From a virus (Duplodnaviria > Caudoviricetes), in IMG/VR virus record IMGVR_UViG_3300021091_000011: DNA of 64,000 nt; one strand, 5' to 3'. How positions within the stretch are numbered: position 1 is the first letter of the stretch; every line of letters starts with the position of its first letter. Both the position numbers and the translations under genes were made by a program. The notes beneath the pieces are model-generated. The model ran no database searches. It had not been told where the DNA came from and was given only the letters and a program-made list of their open reading frames with translations. Below, piece after piece: positions 9,619-17,590 of this stretch.

Positions 9619-9680
9619 TTGGGGAACTACCTAGATAGGCGAAATCAAAATCCGCAGTCCTGCCGTTAGACGATTCCCCA
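9619..9680 (-). pseudogene. tRNA-Gln(TTG) with deleted T-loop
   Basis: TGGGGAA acceptor, D-arm and GCGGA-TTTTGAT-TTCGC are present, but CTAGGT joins directly to AGTTCCCCA (about 9 nt such as TCGAATCCT missing). Confidence 0.7.
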
Positions 9681-9686
9681 TTGTAG

Positions 9687-9759
9687 TAGCCGCAGAGGGA
9701 TTCGAACCCCCGACCGTCGCTATGTAAAAGCGATGCTCTACCAACTGCGCTATGCGGCT
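9687..9759 (-). tRNA. tRNA-Val(TAC)
   Basis: AGCCGCA/TGCGGCT acceptor, TCGCT-TTTACAT-AGCGA, GGTTCGAATCC. Confidence 0.92.
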
Positions 9760-9766
9760 ATGTTTG

Positions 9767-10076
9767 TACCCGAAGTCGGATTCGAACCGACACGCCCTTG
9801 CGAGCGGAGGATTTTCTTACCACTATGGTTTTCACCACCAAATCACGTTGTTTGTGGTCTGGACTTTGCCTTCACCCTCGCCATCTAGCCTCGGCTAGAT
9901 TCGTTAGGGCGGCTACCGTCAAGTCTCTACACCTTCCCCATTTATCATGGGGCTTGGCTCGGCGTTGGGTCGCTTTCGCAGGCCGTTCACCGAATTTGGC
10001 AGCATTCACTCAAGGGGCTTTCCCCCTTGGTGCTCAATCAATAAGTCCTCTGTGGCTACCCTTTCACCATTCGGGC
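9767..10076 (-). tRNA. tRNA-Leu(TAA), intron-containing
   Basis: 5' exon ends GAGGACTT and 3' exon starts AAAATCCTC, so splicing gives GAGGA-CTTAAAA-TCCTC; variable arm and T-arm present. Confidence 0.9.
9816..10042 (-). mobile_element. Group I self-splicing intron (IC3 type), 227 nt, no ORF
   Basis: Inserted after U34; P1 CTT/GAG; conserved P AAATTCGGTGAA, Q AACGCCGAGCC, R GTGTAGAGACTTGACGG, S AAGGCAAAGTCC; terminal G. Confidence 0.88.
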
Positions 10077-10085
10077 AATCTCAAG

Positions 10086-10158
10086 TGCCCCCAACGGGAT
10101 TTGAACCCGTGTAACCAACGTGAAAGGCTGGCGTCCTAGGCCACTAGACGATGGGGAC
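10086..10158 (-). tRNA. tRNA-Glu(TTC)
   Basis: CCAGC-CTTTCAC-GTTGG anticodon arm, GGTTCAAATCC. Confidence 0.92.
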
Positions 10159-10162
10159 TAAA

Positions 10163-10420
10163 TCAAAGCCAATAATCAAAGATCGATTCCGCGAAATAAT
10201 CGTCCGGCTTGACCGACTCGATCTGCAAGTCACCATTCGGACTTGCATAACGCACGATGCGCTTTACCAACCAACGCAGGTAATCAGGCCCCCCTGCAAT
10301 CACCCTCGTTTCGGAAAAGCCAACGAGTGCTTGCTCAAGCCCTTCGGTTGATTGCGGTAAAAAATCTTCTAGGTGCTTTACGCCTAGCGCGGTTTTATTT
10401 TCGTGATCGAGTAGCCACAT
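10163..10420 (-). CDS. Hypothetical protein within the tRNA array
   Basis: 85 aa from ATG 10420 (MWLLDHENK), filling the gap between two tRNAs. Confidence 0.55.
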   Translation of the reverse strand: MWLLDHENKTALGVKHLEDFLPQSTEGLEQALVGFSETRVIAGGPDYLRWLVKRIVRYASPNGDLQIESVKPDDYFAESIFDYWL

Positions 10421-10453
10421 GGTACGGCTACTCAAAAAATCAGATAAACGCGG

Positions 10454-10526
10454 CACCACCGGAGGGAATCGAACCCCCATCGACAGGCTTAGAAGGCCCG
10501 CGCCTTATCCGTTAGACCACGGTGGC
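10454..10526 (-). tRNA. tRNA-Arg(TCT)
   Basis: CGGGC-CTTCTAA-GCCTG, GGTTCGATTCC. Confidence 0.92.
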
Positions 10527-10532
10527 AGATAA

Positions 10533-10606
10533 TGGACCCCCTCGGGCTTGAACCGAGAACCAACCGGGTATGAGCCGGACGCGCTAACCACTTGCGCCAG
10601 AGGTCC
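10533..10606 (-). tRNA. tRNA-CAT (elongator Met or Ile2)
   Basis: TCCGG-CTCATAC-CCGGT; G1-C72 is paired, so not an initiator. Confidence 0.88.
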
Positions 10607-10611
10607 AAAAG

Positions 10612-10694
10612 TACGAGCAAAGGGACTTGAACCCCCACGCCCTTGCGGGCACCGGAACCTAAATCCAGCGTGTCTACCGTTCCACCATGCTCGC
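10612..10694 (-). tRNA. tRNA-Leu(TAG)
   Basis: CTGGA-TTTAGGT-TCCGG, variable arm GCCCGCAAGGGC, GGTTCAAGTCC. Confidence 0.92.
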
Positions 10695-10701
10695 TTATTT
10701 G

Positions 10702-10779
10702 TGGACGAGGGAGGACTCGAACCTCCGTGTGATATGCCTGATTTACAGTCAGGTGCAGTCGCCGCTGTGCCACTCGTCC
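10702..10779 (-). tRNA. tRNA-Tyr(GTA) with short variable region
   Basis: CCTGA-CTGTAAA-TCAGG, GGTTCGAGTCC. Confidence 0.88.
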
Positions 10780-10869
10780 AAGAGGCAGACTTCCTCTAAC
10801 TCGGTCTGCCAGCGAGTTCGGTTCCCATGGCAGGTAGAAAAGGAGAAAACCCCGCCACGGGCATCGAGA

Positions 10870-11073
10870 CTACTTGCGCTGAACGAAGTCGTACATTTCT
10901 TCGGCCAGCAAGCGAACCTGCGTGAAGGTCGGGAACGGAACTGCCAGCGGCGGGCGGTTTTCATACTGCGCCCGCGAGTTCTCGTTCTCCTGAGCCGCGT
11001 GATACTGCTCCACGAGCATATTCCGCGCCTCTTGGAGAATCCCCCAACGGATTTCGTAACCGGACTGAGACAT
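10870..11073 (-). CDS. Small hypothetical phage protein
   Basis: 67 aa from ATG 11073: MSQSGYEIRWGILQEA...FPTFTQVRLLAEEMYDFV. Confidence 0.7.
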   Translation of the reverse strand: MSQSGYEIRWGILQEARNMLVEQYHAAQENENSRAQYENRPPLAVPFPTFTQVRLLAEEMYDFVQRK

Positions 11074-11115
11074 AAACCAGACTCCCTGTGTGTGTGGTGA
11101 AAGCAAATACCGCTG

Positions 11116-11347
11116 GTGTGCAACCACCTGAGATCGCTCTAGCGTCCTATAACGATCTCCCCTGCGCGGCGACAAGGACCCCGATAACGGTGAGGTAACC
11201 GGAAGGAGTTTTCGCACCCCTACAAACGCACGGATTCTCGTCCCATGACTACGCTCAAGGACTTAACGAGCCCTGAGAATCGTCCGCATATAACGTCGCG
11301 GCCCCGCCGTTTTCTACCTGACGGTACAGGTTTGAGTGGTTGCACAC
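11116..11347 (-). ncRNA. Candidate ~230-nt structured RNA
   Basis: Perfect 12-bp closing helix GTGTGCAACCAC/GTGGTTGCACAC; inner helices GATTCTC/GAGAATC, AGATCG/CGATCT and CCTG/CAGG; G-U pairs favour the minus strand. Confidence 0.5.
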
Positions 11348-11353
11348 TCAAGG

Positions 11354-11426
11354 CTCCGACAGCAGGACTCGAACCTGCGACCAGGCGGTTAACAGCCGCC
11401 TGCTCTACCAACTGAGCTATGTCGGA
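11354..11426 (-). tRNA. tRNA-Asn(GTT)
   Basis: Canonical cloverleaf, GGCGG-CTGTTAA-CCGCC. Confidence 0.94.
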
Positions 11427-11429
11427 AAA

Positions 11430-12120
11430 AGCGAGGGCGTTCCACCCTCTAGAGCACGATGCCCTTACCACGGCGTCGATCCGCAGTAAGCCCCTGCGCG
11501 TACCTACGCAGAAGACTGAAAGGCTCAAGGCGGGAGCTTACGGTTATCGCTAACCTTAGACCCACTCCACTTTGCTTACCTGCGCCTAACAGGTGCTGCT
11601 GGACTTGTCACTCCAGCGGGAGGTCACTACTTTCCGTCCACCGCCATCCAACCAGAGACATTCCCTGATCGAACGCACGAACTCGGCCAGCAACGTACCC
11701 AATTCGTCCCGCCCTTTTTAACCTCGGCGTCAGGTTCCCCACCACGGTTGGACTGCTACCGTCGGTCTATTGACCGTCGCTCGGTGTCCACTTCGTCCGA
11801 ACGATCCCCGAGCACGGGGACTTACGATCACGGCTTAGAGGCCCGACGAGTTATCATCGGGCTTACCGCGACAGGCTTGTAAGCCGTAGTGAGGATAATA
11901 GGGTCTCCCGCGTCGAGACTTAGCCCGATGCGGTCGTATATTCTGCGACCTAGACCCCTAGTCGCTACATCCGTGATAATCTGAGCCAAATCCCGAACAC
12001 GGCTTCGGGGCTCAGTTCGGGTAGCAGGTCGGCACCAACCAGCCCCCGAAATCGTTTTCAATGAACGTGACGGCTTACTTTACCCAAGCCGTATTGAACG
12101 TCAACCCCTTAGTTGACGGA
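11430..12120 (-). ncRNA. Candidate ~690-nt large structured ncRNA between tRNA genes
   Basis: No credible ORF; at least 8 hairpins (e.g. TCCCCG/CGGGGA, GCCCGA/TCGGGC, TGAGCC/GGCTCA, ACGGCTT/AAGCCGT, CGTCAAC/GTTGACG). Confidence 0.5.
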
Positions 12121-12127
12121 AACTAAG

Positions 12128-12206
12128 CACGCGCAGGAGGAATCGAACCTCCATGCCCTTGCGGGCACCGGAAAATCCGGCGTGTCTGCCATTCCACCAT
12201 GCGCGG
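12128..12206 (-). pseudogene. tRNA-Leu-like gene with anticodon loop reduced to 3 nt
   Basis: Paralogue of 10612..10694; D-arm, variable arm and T-arm intact; anticodon arm is CCGGA-TTT-TCCGG. Confidence 0.75.
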
Positions 12207-12231
12207 ATAACGTGTTGGTCAAATGATTGCG

Positions 12232-12321
12232 CTTACACCATCCAAACGGTTCGGGGCGGCGAGGAAAACCGAAAAAGTGAACGACGATTTCCGGTTTTTT
12301 CGGGGCGGTCTAACCGTTTGG
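12232..12321. repeat. Palindromic element copy A (right arm truncated)
   Basis: Identical to copy B over CTTACACCATCCAAACGG...CCGTTTGG. Confidence 0.9.
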
Positions 12322-12330
12322 GAGGATCGT

Positions 12331-12588
12331 TCACGGCTCGTTAACGACCACCTTGTCGCCCGAAGGCGTAAGGAGGGTGACCGCCGCGATGAAGTACCCG
12401 CAGCACTCCGCGCCGCAGGACTGCTCTGCTGTCTCGACGTCGACGACTTGGTAGCCGTCGACAACGGGCGACGAGATGTTACCCTCGTCATCCTCATACT
12501 CGTAACTCTCGAAAAACGACTTGCCATCTGCCGCCCACGCGGATTCGATTTTCTTGACGATGATATCGAGGTTCTTGAGGTTGTTCAT
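12331..12588 (-). CDS. Acidic hypothetical protein in a repeat-flanked cassette
   Basis: 85 aa; AAGGA RBS just after element B; flanked by direct copies A and B. Confidence 0.7.
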   Translation of the reverse strand: MNNLKNLDIIVKKIESAWAADGKSFFESYEYEDDEGNISSPVVDGYQVVDVETAEQSCGAECCGYFIAAVTLLTPSGDKVVVNEP

Positions 12589-12603
12589 GGTTTATCCTTT
12601 CCC

Positions 12604-12701
12604 TTACACCATCCAAACGGTTCGGGGCGGCGAGGAAAACCGAAAAAGTGAACGACGATTTCCGGTTTTTTCGGGGCGGTCTAACCGTTTGGATGGTGTA
12701 A
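12604..12701. repeat. Palindromic element copy B (17-bp perfect terminal inverted repeats)
   Basis: TTACACCATCCAAACGG ... CCGTTTGGATGGTGTAA around a 64-bp core. Confidence 0.92.
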
Positions 12702-12724
12702 AGACCCCGAAAGGAGCAGCGCAC

Positions 12725-13093
12725 ATGGGCTTTCGCTCGGAGATTCGCCGGATGCGTGACAAGCAGGACGCGCTCGCGCACGTCGAGCGCGTCGGCAAGG
12801 GCGTGCGTGCGCTGATCGACACGAGCGACCCTTCGCGGGTAGAGCGCGCCGAAGGCATCATGGATCGGATCAATCCGATTCGTGATAGCCTGACCGAAGT
12901 GGCGGCGGCTGTTGCGGGCACGAATCCGAATGACGGCTACATGGTCGTTATCCGCTTCGGGCAAATCGCGCGTAGTGCGTGTGAGTGCCCCGACTTTGGA
13001 CGCACGGGTCCATGCAAACACGTCCTCGCCGTCGCGGAGTCATGGCTTGAGCAAGTCGCTCGCCCGACTTGGCGGGAATTGCGGCGCGGCTAA
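12725..13093 (+). CDS. SWIM zinc-finger protein
   Basis: ACECPDF...PCKHVLAV (CxC...CxH); AAAGGAG RBS before ATG 12725. Confidence 0.8.
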   Translation: MGFRSEIRRMRDKQDALAHVERVGKGVRALIDTSDPSRVERAEGIMDRINPIRDSLTEVAAAVAGTNPNDGYMVVIRFGQIARSACECPDFGRTGPCKHVLAVAESWLEQVARPTWRELRRG

Positions 13094-13104
13094 TTCGGCT
13101 ATAC
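13089..13104 (+). promoter_or_regulatory. Putative phage promoter motif G[T/C]TA-N7-TAT
   Basis: GCTAATTCGGCTATAC, 15 nt before ORF 13119; the same motif recurs upstream of many genes. Confidence 0.5.
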
Positions 13105-13118
13105 GAAAGTGACGTATC

Positions 13119-13304
13119 ATGGATACGTTCAGCGAAATCGAAAAGATCAAGCGGGCAATCAGGTCATCGCACGCGGTCATGTTCAACGTGAACACGATTG
13201 ACGTTGATTTGGATGATGACCACCAGCCCGTGTTCAAGCCTCGCAATCGCGTGGTAAAATCGAATGAACCCACCGAAAAGGACGAATCCTCGCGCAAGAC
13301 GTGA
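13119..13304 (+). CDS. Small hypothetical protein
   Basis: 61-aa ORF following the promoter motif. Confidence 0.55.
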   Translation: MDTFSEIEKIKRAIRSSHAVMFNVNTIDVDLDDDHQPVFKPRNRVVKSNEPTEKDESSRKT

Positions 13305-13322
13305 TTCGTTCTAGCAACTGCT

Positions 13323-13841
13323 ATGAACGTACTTGTGCTCAACTTCGTCTATCGACCGATTGCCGTGATGTCGTGGCAAGAGGCGATCACGACGGTATAT
13401 AGCGGACGTGCTGAAGTCGTCGAGCACTACGCCGACAGGACGATCAAATCGGCCACGCAAGAATGGCCGATGCCTTGCGTCGTTCGATTCCTGCGTAAAA
13501 AGACCGCACGATGGTTTAAGTGCGAGCCGCGATTCACGCGCAAGAACGTCTGGATTCGGGACAAAGGCGTTTGCCAATACTGCGGCAGGCCCGTATTACT
13601 GCGGCAGTTCACTTTAGATCACGTTTTGCCTCGATCACGCGGCGGCAAAACGGAATGGGGCAACATCGTTGCGGCGTGTGACCCGTGCAATCAAAAGAAA
13701 GAAGCACGGACACCGCAAGAGGCAAAAATGCACCTTCGGAAACCGCCGTTGGCTCCGAAGGTGCTGCCCGTTGTCAACGAATCAAATGACCCTGCACTAA
13801 GCCACGTCATGCCCGATCAATGGCGGGCATACTTGGATTAG
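13323..13841 (+). CDS. HNH endonuclease (McrA-like)
   Basis: RDKGVCQYCG...TLDHVLPRSRGGKTEWGNIVAACDPCNQKK. Confidence 0.9.
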   Translation: MNVLVLNFVYRPIAVMSWQEAITTVYSGRAEVVEHYADRTIKSATQEWPMPCVVRFLRKKTARWFKCEPRFTRKNVWIRDKGVCQYCGRPVLLRQFTLDHVLPRSRGGKTEWGNIVAACDPCNQKKEARTPQEAKMHLRKPPLAPKVLPVVNESNDPALSHVMPDQWRAYLD

Positions 13842-14392
13842 CGCAGCCGATACGAAGCGGTCTTGCCAGCAGGCGCTTCTTCCTCGTCGGCAAGCGCAAA
13901 GACCATCTTCTCGAAGTCGCCAGCGTTCATCTTCTTGACGCGCTCTTGCGCCCGCTGGAAATCTTCGGGGCTATCGTACTTGCTACGATCCATGTTTTTG
14001 AGGAACTTAGCCTTACGTTCCTCGGGCGTCATACGCTTCTTGGCGTTCTTGTCCGCGAGGTCTTTAGCCTGATCCTTGAGGTCGTGCATCTCATCATCTT
14101 CAAGATCATGCTCACGGGCGAGAGCCTTCACGCCCTCATTCTTGATCTTCTTGAAGGTCTGCTTCTTGTAAGTTTTGTTTTCTTCGCTATGGCCCGTGTT
14201 CATCACGCGGGCTTCCCATTCTTCTTTCGAAAGGGCAGGCTTACCCTCACGCTTCTTCTTGTCGAGATACTTATTGTAGTCAGGTCTAGCGATGTGCATC
14301 AAACCCGCGATGATCGCACGGCGTAACGAGTCGCCCTGCGGCAAAGTCGAAGCCACGCGCACTAAAGACTTACGCTCTTGATTCGTCACCAT
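13838..14392 (-). CDS. Charged protein with N-terminal LxRxAST module (putative internal head protein)
   Basis: ERKSLVRVASTLPQGDSLRRAIIAGL; C-terminal KTASYRLR. Confidence 0.7.
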   Translation of the reverse strand: MVTNQERKSLVRVASTLPQGDSLRRAIIAGLMHIARPDYNKYLDKKKREGKPALSKEEWEARVMNTGHSEENKTYKKQTFKKIKNEGVKALAREHDLEDDEMHDLKDQAKDLADKNAKKRMTPEERKAKFLKNMDRSKYDSPEDFQRAQERVKKMNAGDFEKMVFALADEEEAPAGKTASYRLR

Positions 14393-14405
14393 GACCAATC
14401 TCCTA

Positions 14406-14879
14406 TCAATACTCATTGGGGAGCATCACGACAGGACGCTCGCCAGGATTACGGGTGCAGAAAAGTTTGATCGCAGGCAGAGGGAAGTCGGTGTAGGGGA
14501 TTCGCTGCGAAACGAGTTTGGTGCCGTTACCATCTTCGGCCCAAACCGTCGCGCCCGCGCTGCGGCCTGATTTCTTCAAGTGCCACACCTGAAAAGGTTG
14601 AGCGGCGACGCGGCGATTCGTCTGGTGAGACGCGACCACGTCAACGAGCCACCAAGACTGAGCCACTTCGCAAAGGTGTTCCACGCCGGACGTGATTAAG
14701 ACCGGAGGAAACCCGGCCTTGGTAAGACCGCCGCCGCCCGAGAACGTGCGAAGGTCCGACAGTAACTCAGCGGGGTCCACAGGCTCAGAGGCCACGCGAA
14801 GAATCGTCTTTCGGTCTTGGGAACCGACGGGCATCGTCGCGGCCAATCTAATCAGAGCTTTTTTAACGTCAGGCATCAT
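14406..14879 (-). CDS. DUF6876-like protein with N-terminal LIRLAATMP module
   Basis: ALIRLAATMPVGSQDRKTIL, then ITSGVEHLCEVAQSWWLVDVVASHQ...FPLPAIKLF. Confidence 0.6.
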   Translation of the reverse strand: MMPDVKKALIRLAATMPVGSQDRKTILRVASEPVDPAELLSDLRTFSGGGGLTKAGFPPVLITSGVEHLCEVAQSWWLVDVVASHQTNRRVAAQPFQVWHLKKSGRSAGATVWAEDGNGTKLVSQRIPYTDFPLPAIKLFCTRNPGERPVVMLPNEY

Positions 14880-14898
14880 AATCAGCACTCCTGAAAAG

Positions 14899-15750
14899 TC
14901 AGGCGAAAGCCTGATTTTGTAGGTTGAAGTCTCGCTCTAGGTTCTCGCGTATAAGCGAAAAACCTCGACCGTTCCATTCGATGTATCTGTTAGCGAGCAG
15001 GAAAATGAACCGTGCGGCTATGCTGTATGGCAACAACGTGAACGTGCCGAAACCGAATCCATTTAGCAGAAATCCAAAGGCAGAACCAGGCAATGAAGCC
15101 AAGAAATCAGGAAAGGACATCCTGCCGAAAACAGCATCGGCCAAAGATTTCAAGTCCCATTCGAACTCAGTCACGTTGAGCCAAACCCAAATGTAAATGC
15201 CCAACATGATGACGCCTACAAGCCGAGGGGCTTGCTTTCGCAGCATCTCACCGAAATCAGAGATTTTCCCGACAGCGGAATCCAAGAAACGCTTGAGCTT
15301 GGGTGATTTGCTCAACAAAGAGTCAAGCACCTGATTGAAACTCAGCAGTTTGCCCTTGTCCAGCGTGTATAACTTCAAGGGCCAAGTATCAAACATACGA
15401 TGAAGAGCAGAATCCAACGCTTTCTTAGCCGTATCTGCTAGGCGTTTGATTGCGCTCGGTATGTCTGCTAGGGACTCGATACCCACGGCTTTCTTGAAGG
15501 CACCAAATAAAGCGGGGGCTTTCTTGAACGCTTCAACTATCTGACCAAGTTTGCGGGTAATGCCCAAGAAAGCCGTTTTTTGCAGGCTCGTGTCCGAGTA
15601 GAAATGCTCGGCAAGTGCGGCGATGATTTCGCGTTGGAAGCCCGCACTCGCACAGACGTTATTCGCGGCGAGGCGAACCATCTGCTTTCTGATAGCAGCC
15701 CTTTTTTGCATGGCCGCTATCTTCGAAATGTGGCTTCTGCGATTTGTCAT
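14899..15750 (-). CDS. Membrane-associated hypothetical protein
   Basis: 283 aa with hydrophobic C-terminal segments; KRAA and KTAF motifs near the N-terminus. Confidence 0.7.
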   Translation of the reverse strand: MTNRRSHISKIAAMQKRAAIRKQMVRLAANNVCASAGFQREIIAALAEHFYSDTSLQKTAFLGITRKLGQIVEAFKKAPALFGAFKKAVGIESLADIPSAIKRLADTAKKALDSALHRMFDTWPLKLYTLDKGKLLSFNQVLDSLLSKSPKLKRFLDSAVGKISDFGEMLRKQAPRLVGVIMLGIYIWVWLNVTEFEWDLKSLADAVFGRMSFPDFLASLPGSAFGFLLNGFGFGTFTLLPYSIAARFIFLLANRYIEWNGRGFSLIRENLERDFNLQNQAFA

Positions 15751-15851
15751 GGCCTTACTTAGATGTCGTAGGTCTTAGACAGCGTGATTTGCTTGAGAGT
15801 GCGAGTCGGCATGATAAAACCTCCGGTTGCGCCTTATGCAAAGGTATAGGC

Positions 15852-15893
15852 AAAAAAAACCGCCGAAGGGGTTTTATCCTCCTCGACGGTTTC
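15852..15893 (-). terminator. Intrinsic terminator after the capsid gene
   Basis: ACCGTCGAGG...CCTTCGGCGGT hairpin followed by a T run. Confidence 0.6.
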
Positions 15894-15928
15894 TTTAGCA
15901 CCATCCCCTAATCAAAGGGGATTCACAA

Positions 15929-16804
15929 TCACGCGCGGGTGATCGTGAGGCGGGCGAGACCTTTGGGGTTGTACGCGCCGATGCCGAGGTTTTCGAACAC
16001 GGAGAAGCCGATGGTGCGGGCCTTCGGATCGTCAGCCGAGAGAACGGTGAGTTCGGTACGAACCGGAATGCGACCGAACATCTCGGGCTCGCAGCAGACG
16101 TACACCGTGCCGACCGGAACGAGACGGCTGACGATAATCTGCGCGCCCCAAAGCGTAGCCATAAGGCCCGTCTTGAGAAGATCACGCTGGCTCTCGATGT
16201 CGAGAATATCACGACCGAACTTCCGGAGGTCCGTGTAGTCTTGCGCGTTCACAAACACGCGGGCCACGCGGAGGTCGTGACGCTCGATCAGGCCATAGGC
16301 GTCAGCGAGAACCGCACCGCTGATCGGCGCGACAACCGGAATGTCAGGGTTGATGCCGCCAGCGACGGAATCAAAGCCCGACGTCGCAATCGCGTCGAGA
16401 ACGGAGAACACGCGCTCGTCCTCGGCAGCCTGAATCTGCGCGCGGGCGAGGTCCTGAGCGCGCTCAATGAGGTCGTAACGACGCTCCTTGATCTGCGTCA
16501 GGGGGATCTCGGGGTTCGACGCAATCTCGAACAGGGGGAAGATGACACGGCGCGGCTTGGTGATAGCGACGATGTTCTCGCCTTCCTCACCAACCACGAA
16601 CGCGGTCACGTCCGGGTCCTTGTCGTAGATCGGGAGCGCACCGTCCGGCAACTGCTCGACGAGGAAGGTCTTACGACCAACCGCCATGTAGTCGCGGCGC
16701 AGACGGAGGGGCTGCGTCATGGAGGCAGCGAGCTTCGCACGGCCCGAGGGCGTCGAGATATACTCGCTGATGAGCTTCTGCTTCACGCTGTTGTCGATAG
16801 ACAT
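15929..16804 (-). CDS. Major capsid protein (HK97 fold)
   Basis: GRAKLAASMTQPLRLRRDY...LPDGALPIYD; FEIASNP; GLMATLWGAQII; position after protease, scaffold and decoration genes. Confidence 0.85.
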   Translation of the reverse strand: MSIDNSVKQKLISEYISTPSGRAKLAASMTQPLRLRRDYMAVGRKTFLVEQLPDGALPIYDKDPDVTAFVVGEEGENIVAITKPRRVIFPLFEIASNPEIPLTQIKERRYDLIERAQDLARAQIQAAEDERVFSVLDAIATSGFDSVAGGINPDIPVVAPISGAVLADAYGLIERHDLRVARVFVNAQDYTDLRKFGRDILDIESQRDLLKTGLMATLWGAQIIVSRLVPVGTVYVCCEPEMFGRIPVRTELTVLSADDPKARTIGFSVFENLGIGAYNPKGLARLTITRA

Positions 16805-16822
16805 TTTGGTTAGCCCTTCCTA

Positions 16823-17419
16823 TCAGATTCGCTGGTCGAAGACGATCTCGGGCTGAACCGAGTCGGCGGGCATCTTGAGAATGCCGATTACCTGGGGCAG
16901 AGCGTCAAACGCATCAGCGGAGACGTTCGTCAGGTAACCGTTCTGGCTCGCGTACAAGAAGTCACCCGTGGTGTAGGTGAGGGTCGACGCAGCGCCGACG
17001 AGATCGCTGGTCTCGTAAAGGCTGTTGCCGTAGGTGCCCATGCCGGACACATACGGGCCAATGCCCGACGCAGGCCCCGGGGTGTTCTCGTAAGGACGAC
17101 CCACGGCGTTATTGATGAAAATGCCGAGAGGAATCACGCGCGGAGCACCCGCGCCGTTTACGGCATCGGGGCCACCGACGTAGTTGGAACCGACGTCAGC
17201 GCGGGTAAACGCAATCGAACCGCCGAGCACGCCGAGAACCGCCGTGTTCATGCCAGCCGACTGAGAAACCTTGGCCGAAGCCGTAACAACCGGAGGATTG
17301 GTCTGCGTGAAGGCGTCGTCCGTCAGGATGCCGACGGTATTGCGAATACCGACGTGCAAAATCCGAAGGGCCGACGAGCTTTCCGTCCAATCCCCACTCG
17401 CCTGTCCAAGCAGAGGCAT
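16823..17419 (-). CDS. Capsid decoration-like protein
   Basis: 198 aa directly upstream of the MCP; YETSDL...TYTTGDFLYASQNGYLTN. Confidence 0.6.
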   Translation of the reverse strand: MPLLGQASGDWTESSSALRILHVGIRNTVGILTDDAFTQTNPPVVTASAKVSQSAGMNTAVLGVLGGSIAFTRADVGSNYVGGPDAVNGAGAPRVIPLGIFINNAVGRPYENTPGPASGIGPYVSGMGTYGNSLYETSDLVGAASTLTYTTGDFLYASQNGYLTNVSADAFDALPQVIGILKMPADSVQPEIVFDQRI

Positions 17420-17525
17420 AATGTCTCCTGTCTCTCTGCTCCCTGTTACTAGGGAGGGGTGTTGAAAAAGCCGCGAAAAACGGCTGCTATCCATAAGCCG
17501 ATAGCAATAAACAATCTAACGAAAC

Positions 17526-17562
17526 AAAAAAGCCGATTAGGGCGTGATCCCTAATCGGCTTT
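17526..17562 (-). terminator. Intrinsic terminator after the scaffold gene
   Basis: GCCGATTAGGG-loop-CCCTAATCGGC followed by a T run on the minus strand. Confidence 0.7.
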
Positions 17563-17590
17563 CCGAAAACTCAGGCTAACTTAGGACGGT

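Noticed and set aside
11185-11220. SRP RNA-like GAGGTAACCGGAAGGAG on the plus strand
   Set aside because: Helix 8 would have only 2 bp and lacks the AGCAG partner; G-U pairing favours the minus strand.
9431-11668. Many short ORFs across the tRNA array (e.g. 9431..9619, 9798..10139, 10489..10773, 11220..11528)
   Set aside because: They overlap well-formed tRNA, intron or ncRNA sequences and lack RBS or protein motifs.
12232-12701. Possible CRISPR array or MITE from the palindromic repeats
   Set aside because: Only two adjacent ~100-bp copies separated by a gene, with no spacer periodicity, no cas genes, no target-site duplication and no transposase. Reported instead as a regulatory/recombination element.
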